A DNA stretch of 64,000 bases from Candidatus Heimdallarchaeota archaeon (GTDB taxonomy: Archaea; Asgardarchaeota; Heimdallarchaeia; Heimdallarchaeales; Kariarchaeaceae): assembly GCA_015523565.1 (NCBI GenBank), contig WAKA01000232.1, positions 1-64,000 on the forward strand. The letters run 5' to 3'. The position numbers and the translations under genes were made by a program. The notes beneath the pieces are model-generated. The model ran no database searches and was not told the origin of the DNA. It worked only from the letters and a program-made list of their open reading frames with translations. Shown in pieces: positions 57,759 through 64,000 of this stretch. Every line of letters begins with the position of its first letter. Position 1 is the first letter of the stretch.

Positions 57759-59132
57759 GTGATATCTGACAAAGTATTCAAGGGAAACGACATTCGTGGA
57801 GTCTATCCTTCTGATATTGATAACCATTTTGCTGAACGTTTGGGGTGGGCAATTGCTGATTTCCTTGGCTATCAGGGAACAGTTGTTGTCTCTGGTGATG
57901 CAAGGGAAAGTACAGAACCATTGAAACAATCATTGCTTAAAGGTCTGACTGAATTGGGGATTAATGTTGTTGACATCGGACTGGGTCCAACTCCCATGAT
58001 TTATTTCACTATGGCAAATAATCATGACTTTGATCTTGGCATTGCAATCACCGCATCCCATAATCCTCCTGAATACAATGGCTTCAAGGTTTGTAATGAT
58101 AAAGGGGTTTCACTTAGCTATGAGAACTTTTTCTGGACCATCAAAGATCGAATGAAAATGGACAAGGAAAAATTCATCTCAAAATCAAAAAAAAGTTACA
58201 GCAAAGGGAAATTGATACAAAGAATCGATCTACAGGATGAATATTTCCAATTTCTCAAAAAAGAGCTGGGTAGCATTGAACCGATAAATTTGGCAATAGA
58301 ATTTGGCAACGGCAGTGCGGGTCGCTTCCGGGAATTGTTCGATTTCCCTGTTATTTCACTTCATGAAGAACCTAAAGGAAATTTCCCCCATCTTAATCCT
58401 GATCCGACAAAAGAGGATTCATACACTTTTATAAGAGAACAATTTAATCTTGAAAAATCAGAAATAGGCATTGTATTTGATGGGGACGGTGATCGAGTCG
58501 GTTTCATGGATGAAAAAGGAAGGATAATCTCCCCTGACAAAATTGTGATGATGTTTCATGATTTTCTGGAAATTAATGGATCACCTCTAATCGTCCTTGA
58601 TGTCAAAATGAGTAAGGCAACAAAAGAATATATTGAAAATAACAATGGCAAGGTTTTATTGTCAAAAGTTGGTCATTCATATATTCAAGAGTTGGTTTTG
58701 GAAGAAAAAGCCGCCCTTGCAGGGGAATTCTCTTGCCATTATTATTTTTATGACAAATACTTTGGATTTGATGACGGATTATATAGCGCCGTCAGATTTC
58801 TAAAAATTGCCAATGAGATCAAAAAAAATGGCAAGACCGTTGCTGAATGGATTGATCAACTTCCATCATATCATTCCACTCCAGAATATCGCATCAAAAT
58901 GGATAAAGACAAACACCCCGCATTAATCAAAGAATTGAAGGAATGGGCGATTTCCGAAGGTTGCAAAATTTTGGATATTGATGGTATCAGGGCTGAATTT
59001 GACAATGGATGGTTCTTGGTTAGGAGCAGTAACACAGAACCTAAAATTTCCTATAGGATGGAAGCCAACAATGAAGCAACATTAAATTCAATAGAAAAAA
59101 AAGTCAAGGCCATAATAGCCAAATACAGTTAA
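57759..59132 (+). CDS. Phosphomannomutase/phosphoglucomutase
   Basis: DIRG, TASHNP, DGDGDR, GEFSCH and RSSNTEP. Confidence 0.94.
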   Translation: MISDKVFKGNDIRGVYPSDIDNHFAERLGWAIADFLGYQGTVVVSGDARESTEPLKQSLLKGLTELGINVVDIGLGPTPMIYFTMANNHDFDLGIAITASHNPPEYNGFKVCNDKGVSLSYENFFWTIKDRMKMDKEKFISKSKKSYSKGKLIQRIDLQDEYFQFLKKELGSIEPINLAIEFGNGSAGRFRELFDFPVISLHEEPKGNFPHLNPDPTKEDSYTFIREQFNLEKSEIGIVFDGDGDRVGFMDEKGRIISPDKIVMMFHDFLEINGSPLIVLDVKMSKATKEYIENNNGKVLLSKVGHSYIQELVLEEKAALAGEFSCHYYFYDKYFGFDDGLYSAVRFLKIANEIKKNGKTVAEWIDQLPSYHSTPEYRIKMDKDKHPALIKELKEWAISEGCKILDIDGIRAEFDNGWFLVRSSNTEPKISYRMEANNEATLNSIEKKVKAIIAKYS

Positions 59133-59443
59133 AATGTCAAAACCTCCTCTAATGTAATTAATCCTTGAGATCCAACTAAGTTTTTTAACTTAGGAAGAAA
59201 CTCTCTAATGACTGCTGGCTCATCAACAATTTCAATGACTTGGGGCAATTCGTGTATTCCCCGAAGAATACTTGGCTGATAGTCCCTGTCGCCATATCCG
59301 TGAAGACATTGGATGACAACTGCCCCTATTATTCCTTCTGACTTGCATAGGTCTAAAATGTCACGGACAAGGGATTTTCCCCTTTCTGATTTCGCCCCTC
59401 CTGATGTCCTGATCATGATTCGTAGCATCTTGCGGAATTCCAC
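59129..59443 (-). CDS. DUF190 (PII-like) protein
   Basis: GI.GA.V....GYG ... LP.VIEIVD ... GLITLEEV; usual partner of crcB. Confidence 0.88.
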   Translation of the reverse strand: MEFRKMLRIMIRTSGGAKSERGKSLVRDILDLCKSEGIIGAVVIQCLHGYGDRDYQPSILRGIHELPQVIEIVDEPAVIREFLPKLKNLVGSQGLITLEEVLTF

Positions 59444-59832
59444 TATAAGTTCCTCCTGATCTGGTATATTGCCAATGACTGACCAAAAAACCCTCCAAGA
59501 AAAACCAATGCCAAGGTCATGCCAAGATTCAATATTCCAAATTTTGGCTCCTCATTTCCCAATGAAAGAGTTTCCACAACAAATGTTGACATGGTCGTAA
59601 AACTTCCCATAAAACCAGTTCCCAAAAAAACTAACCAACTTGGTTCAAAAAGATTAAATCGGTTTAATGTGAAAATATATGCCAACAAGAATGACCCCAA
59701 TACATTTACTGTTAAAGTTCCTATTGGAATTACCCACCAGTTTTTCATCAATCCAGAAATCCAATATCGAAACATGGCTCCAATCATCCCACCAATTGCT
59801 ACAAGAAGGATTGGTGGCAATTTGTCAATCAT
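59443..59832 (-). CDS. crcB: Fluoride efflux channel Fluc/CrcB
   Basis: GG..GA..RY, GTL.VN..GSF and GFMGSFTTMSTF..E. Confidence 0.96.
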   Translation of the reverse strand: MIDKLPPILLVAIGGMIGAMFRYWISGLMKNWWVIPIGTLTVNVLGSFLLAYIFTLNRFNLFEPSWLVFLGTGFMGSFTTMSTFVVETLSLGNEEPKFGILNLGMTLALVFLGGFFGQSLAIYQIRRNL

Positions 59833-59877
59833 TAAGTATTGAACTTTTAGGATGCCTAAAAATATTGCTAAATTATC

Positions 59878-62124
59878 TCATAATTTCCTGAGCAAAGAAA
59901 TAAGACCAGAATTGATTGTACTCGTAATTCTCTCAAAGAATGAAGGGTTGATGATTTCATAAGTATTGTAGGTACTTGGACAAAGCCCAAAATTCTGTGT
60001 GACCTCTGAACATACCCCGCATCCAACGCATGTATCCAACATCTGGCGAATGGTTCCCTTTCTTAATGGGTTTGGTGCATCAACTTTTGTTTCGCTGGGA
60101 CATCCAATATATTCTGCACATGGCCAACAACCTTGACAAAGTCTTTCGTCTACCTGAACCTTGGGGATTTTTACACGTTTCCCTTCTTTCAGACGTTTGG
60201 CATTGATTTTTCTTAATGTTCTCTGTTTTTCTAACATGCATTCCCCATCAGAAATTATGATTTTCAATCCCGGTTCATTCAATGCTTTCTTAATAGTTCT
60301 CTTCATCTTGTCTATTTCATAAGATGGGATGGTTTTAACCCATCTTGCACCATGTGCCTCAAAAACGTGGCTAAGATCGACTCTAGGTACCGCCTCTCCA
60401 CGCATGTTCCTACCTATTTTCTTCTTAAAACCGCCAAGTTCATCTGAAATATCATAGATTGTCATCGGATTTTCTTGATCTCCAGTCATTGCTGTGTGAT
60501 AATTCAAAAGAATAAACAAAAGGATGTTTGCCCCCTTTTTCTTCAATCCTTGTTCCCTGTATAACCTGTTTAAGTTATTGTGGATTGCATTGTCTATATT
60601 CCTAAACCCTCCATGGAACAATGTTCCATCGCCAAAAACAACGATTATTGGTCGTTCATACAAGTTTGCCATCCCTGATCCAACATCTAATGCAGATCCC
60701 ATTCCTGTACATGAATCACTCATATTGAAAGGCGGCAATTTTGCCATGGTATAGCAACCAATGTCTATTAATCGTATGAACCTTGTATTCATCTCTTCCT
60801 CGGCACGTTTAAGGGATGCAAAAACTGGTCTTTCAGGACATCCTGTGCAGAATGACGGGGTTCTTGGTAACCAATTGGTCAAAATTTCATTCGCAATCTG
60901 GTCATCAACCTTTTTCTTTTCTTCGAGAAATTTTTCAACAAATTGCTTTTGACCATTTAATGGTGTGTTTTCCAAGAAAAATCTTGCAACAGGAAGAATG
61001 AGTGTATCATAATTCAAGGCATCTGTTTTTGGGATATACCCCTTTTGGAATTCATTTCCTTCCTTGCCGAAGATCGATACATTCAACCCTAAATCAAAAG
61101 CTATATTCTTGACTTCTTGTTCAATGAAATTTGGCTCTCCCTGTTCTACAATCAAAACCTTTTCCTTATCCTTCAAAAATTCCCTGATTTCAATCGGATC
61201 CAATGGAAAGATGACATTCAATGTCAAAAGGTCAAAGGCAACCTCCCCTAATGGATTTGCAAAGCCCAATTCTGTCAATGTCGTTATTAATGAATTGTAT
61301 ATGCCCCCATGTGTAATAATCCCTACTTTTGATGTTGAAAGGCCCTTATCAAATCTGTTAAGTTTCCTTTGGCGGATAAATTCAATTGCTTTTGGTTTCC
61401 TTTGCTTGTACTTTTCCTTGGCATGCACTAATGTATCTGGTGGTATTGGCACCCTTGACAAATCTGGTGAAAATGTGTTTTTCTTCTTGTGAAATGAAAT
61501 TTCTGGTTCCTTGTTATTCCCTACAATTGAGGTTCCTATCATGTTACTGCTTAATGACCTAAAAAGCATCATGACTGGTTGGTTGCAAGCCTCTGAAAGT
61601 TCGAATGCATCTTTTGTTATTTTGAGAATATGTGCTGGAGAAGCGATGGGGTCGATGATGGGAAGAAAAAACCCCTTTGCATATACTTGGCTTTTCATCT
61701 GGACAGTAGTGGATATGCATTCCTCATCTTCTCCAACTAAGACGATTGCCCCCCCTTTCACTCCGCTTGAAGATATATGTGCCAAAACATCAGAAGCTAC
61801 ATTTGTCCCTACAACTTTCCAATTCACAAAGCCTCTTATCGGGTCATTGATGGAAAGGTAAAGTTTCGTTGCCGCCGCCGCTTCATTTATTGAAGGTTCA
61901 AAATAGATCCCATACTTATTCAATACCATTTTCGTTGCGTCACTCAACAAATCCATGACATTGGAGGTGGGCGCCCCTGGATATCCTGCCGCGTAGCTTA
62001 TTCCCGATTCCAAGCACCCCTTCAAGAAAAACATGCCCATATCTCCAGTCATTGATTCTCCTTCTTCCAATAAAAGCTGTCTTATGTCATGATCTGAATA
62101 ACTTCTTCCCATTTGCTTTACCAA
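59878..62124 (-). CDS. iorA: Indolepyruvate ferredoxin oxidoreductase alpha subunit
   Basis: GYPGAP, NEAAA, VGTNVASD, CTGCPER, DIGCY, GDGTLFHGG, TAMTGDQ and a C-terminal 2x[4Fe-4S] domain. Confidence 0.9.
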   Translation of the reverse strand: MVKQMGRSYSDHDIRQLLLEEGESMTGDMGMFFLKGCLESGISYAAGYPGAPTSNVMDLLSDATKMVLNKYGIYFEPSINEAAAATKLYLSINDPIRGFVNWKVVGTNVASDVLAHISSSGVKGGAIVLVGEDEECISTTVQMKSQVYAKGFFLPIIDPIASPAHILKITKDAFELSEACNQPVMMLFRSLSSNMIGTSIVGNNKEPEISFHKKKNTFSPDLSRVPIPPDTLVHAKEKYKQRKPKAIEFIRQRKLNRFDKGLSTSKVGIITHGGIYNSLITTLTELGFANPLGEVAFDLLTLNVIFPLDPIEIREFLKDKEKVLIVEQGEPNFIEQEVKNIAFDLGLNVSIFGKEGNEFQKGYIPKTDALNYDTLILPVARFFLENTPLNGQKQFVEKFLEEKKKVDDQIANEILTNWLPRTPSFCTGCPERPVFASLKRAEEEMNTRFIRLIDIGCYTMAKLPPFNMSDSCTGMGSALDVGSGMANLYERPIIVVFGDGTLFHGGFRNIDNAIHNNLNRLYREQGLKKKGANILLFILLNYHTAMTGDQENPMTIYDISDELGGFKKKIGRNMRGEAVPRVDLSHVFEAHGARWVKTIPSYEIDKMKRTIKKALNEPGLKIIISDGECMLEKQRTLRKINAKRLKEGKRVKIPKVQVDERLCQGCWPCAEYIGCPSETKVDAPNPLRKGTIRQMLDTCVGCGVCSEVTQNFGLCPSTYNTYEIINPSFFERITSTINSGLISLLRKL

Positions 62125-62131
62125 TTTTCCT

Positions 62132-63136
62132 TTATTGAAGGATATTTTTAAACCCTATCTCTTTCGGAGAGGATAATTCATCTTCTGAATAACCAAAATC
62201 TTTAAGCAATTGCCTCCCTATCTGGAAAGCTATCATGCTTGGAACTGCCTCCCCCACAATGTCATAAGCCTGTTCCATTGATCCCACTAACTTATGACTG
62301 TCTGGAAAAGTCATCAATCTTGCATGCTCTCGAGGTGTAAGAACCCTGTCATCAATTGGATGGATAAATCTTGACTTTCCCATGACAACCTCTGCTGGTT
62401 TATCATATTCCAATCTGATGTAATTCCTCATTTGTTTTTTTGCCCCTCTAAAATAAACTAGTGCTTGACCTTGTGACAACCAAATGACTTTGTTCTCAAA
62501 TTTTTCAGGAACAGGGACGAATTCATGCCATTCATACTTGTTGGGGTACTGTGGTGGCGGCAAATCGCCTATTGCATCTCTTACTGTTTGTACAGGAAGT
62601 CTAGGGGAAATGAGTTTCTTGTTCGAAATAAAAACCCTTGTCCTCTTTGAAGGAACTCCCCATTCATGCGCCTCTACTATGTTGAAATAAGGACTGTCTA
62701 AACCTAAACGGTCAAACTCATCAATGATAAGTTCTACATTGCCCCCCTCTAGAATTCCCATTACGTTTTCAATTACATAGTATTCTGGATCCAAATCTGC
62801 AATGATTCTTATGGCGTGAACCATGAGCCTTCCAATTGGATCATCAAACATCCTCATATAAGGGTCTTTGATCCTTTTCTCATTCGCGGTTGTATATGGT
62901 TCACAAGGAGGTGATGCATTCACCAAAAAAGGTCTGTCTTTCCCAATCCTGTCTACTATTTCTAAAGAATGAAGTTTGCTTACATCTCCTTGAACTATTA
63001 CATTTCCAAAATTTGCCTTATATGTTTGCACACAATGCCATTCTGAATCTATTGCAAACCTTGATTTCAATCCTGCTAAATGATATCCTGCAGAGGAACC
63101 TCCTCCACCAGAAAAAAGGTCGACAAAATATTCCAT
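62132..63136 (-). CDS. C5-cytosine methyltransferase, orphan
   Basis: DLFSGGGG (motif I), SPPC (IV), ENV (VI), R-R (VIII), R.LT.RE.ARLM.FPD (IX) and GEAV (X). Confidence 0.92.
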   Translation of the reverse strand: MEYFVDLFSGGGGSSAGYHLAGLKSRFAIDSEWHCVQTYKANFGNVIVQGDVSKLHSLEIVDRIGKDRPFLVNASPPCEPYTTANEKRIKDPYMRMFDDPIGRLMVHAIRIIADLDPEYYVIENVMGILEGGNVELIIDEFDRLGLDSPYFNIVEAHEWGVPSKRTRVFISNKKLISPRLPVQTVRDAIGDLPPPQYPNKYEWHEFVPVPEKFENKVIWLSQGQALVYFRGAKKQMRNYIRLEYDKPAEVVMGKSRFIHPIDDRVLTPREHARLMTFPDSHKLVGSMEQAYDIVGEAVPSMIAFQIGRQLLKDFGYSEDELSSPKEIGFKNILQ

Positions 63137-63147
63137 ATCATTATACC

Positions 63148-63306
63148 TTACTTATACTTCTTGGGTCTAAGATTTTTAGATCTGCATCTCTTCTTTCTGC
63201 ATCTTCTTGCTCCTATAGGATTGGACGCATAACATTTGCGACAAACCCATTTGTCAACCAACACACTTCTTGCTATTTCTCTATGCTCTGGATTTGCAAC
63301 TGGCAT
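63148..63306 (-). CDS. rpl40e: 50S ribosomal protein L40e
   Basis: Manual translation: MPVANPEHREIARSVLVDKWVCRKCYASNPIGARRCRKRRCRSKNLRPKKYK*; SD AGGAG upstream. Below the ORF-track cutoff. Confidence 0.96.
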   Translation of the reverse strand: MPVANPEHREIARSVLVDKWVCRKCYASNPIGARRCRKKRCRSKNLRPKKYK

Positions 63307-63379
63307 GATTTTCTCCTAACCTCTTATGGATCGTCCCATTAAAAAGCTCTCCTAAAGATTCCAGTGGATCATCCAGACT

Positions 63380-64000
63380 TTATCCATTCTTTTGGTAATT
63401 TCGCTCATATAATTGCCTATACAATCCGTTTTTCTGGATCAATTCATCATGGGTTCCTTTTTCAACGATTTCCCCAGCATCCATCACCAATATTTGATCC
63501 GCATTTCTGATTGTAGATAGGCGATGTGCAATGACAATGACTGTCCTTCCTTCAGATACTTTTTCCAAGGCCTTTTGTAACTTCAATTCTGAAATGGAAT
63601 CCAATGAACTCGTTGCTTCATCAAGAATTAAAATATCTGGATCATGAATTAATACTCTTGCAAACGCCACAAGTTGTCTTTGTCCCATTGAGATAGATGC
63701 ACCTCCCTCCATAAGTTCCGTGTGGATTCCCTCTGGCAAATTTTCAATCATACGGTTTAACCCTAAAATTCTTACTATTTCCTCAACCCTCTCTTCATCA
63801 ATATTGTCTGTACCGTAGGTAATGTTTTCAAAAATGCTTCCACTGAATAAATAAGGCGTTTGAGGGATGACGCCAATTCTTTCCCTTAAAGATTTGAAAC
63901 TCACTTCCTTGATATTTTGCCCATCGATAAGTATTCTCCCATTGATTGGATCATAAAATCTGGAAAGCAATTTGATGAATGTTGATTTCCCTGCACCTGT
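63380..64000 (-). CDS. ABC exporter (MsbA-like) ATP-binding domain, 5' part outside the window
   Basis: GAGKST at the window edge, RFYDP..G.I.IDG, ISMGQRQ, DEATS and IAHRLSTI. Confidence 0.93.
   Translation of the reverse strand, partial: TGAGKSTFIKLLSRFYDPINGRILIDGQNIKEVSFKSLRERIGVIPQTPYLFSGSIFENITYGTDNIDEERVEEIVRILGLNRMIENLPEGIHTELMEGGASISMGQRQLVAFARVLIHDPDILILDEATSSLDSISELKLQKALEKVSEGRTVIVIAHRLSTIRNADQILVMDAGEIVEKGTHDELIQKNGLYRQLYERNYQKNG

Noticed and set aside
59833-59877. Fluoride riboswitch upstream of crcB
   Set aside because: The gap is only 45 nt and lacks the conserved aptamer motifs.
62890-63342. 150-aa plus-strand ORF
   Set aside because: Antisense to rpl40e and the MTase.
1-64000. 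CRISPR arrays, IS elements, rRNA, selenoprotein read-through
   Set aside because: No regularly spaced repeats, transposase ORFs, rRNA-like tracts or TGA-interrupted conserved ORFs were seen by eye.

Overview
A 64 kb, AT-rich, gene-dense archaeal chromosome segment. Gene content points to an Asgard archaeon, probably Heimdallarchaeia; this is inferred from two Rab-like small GTPases, a gelsolin+X protein, longin/uDENN and longin-roadblock proteins, LRR and giant coiled-coil proteins, a eukaryote-like L40e and an O2-type heme-copper oxidase. Housekeeping genes include dnaG, tldD/pmbA, grpE-dnaK-dnaJ, gltX, moxR/DUF58, ABC transporters, nnr, two phosphohexomutases, crcB and iorA. Four features missed by the ORF track were read from the sequence: a tRNA-Gln(CTG) with two introns (37/38 and T-loop 59/60), a 57-aa short histone with its own promoter, SD and hairpin terminator, ribosomal protein L40e, and a proline-rich C-terminal ORF fragment at the left edge. 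The main leads are: a probable CCDC47/PAT-complex-like membrane protein; a B-family heme-copper oxidase module with a second CuA protein (axial Met replaced by His), a ZIP transporter and a surface beta-propeller; a Rab/gelsolin/histone/coiled-coil cluster; a cellulose-synthase-like GT2; and several enzyme homologs lacking catalytic motifs. No CRISPR, IS element, prophage or rRNA was seen. All family calls come from motif recognition, not database searches.
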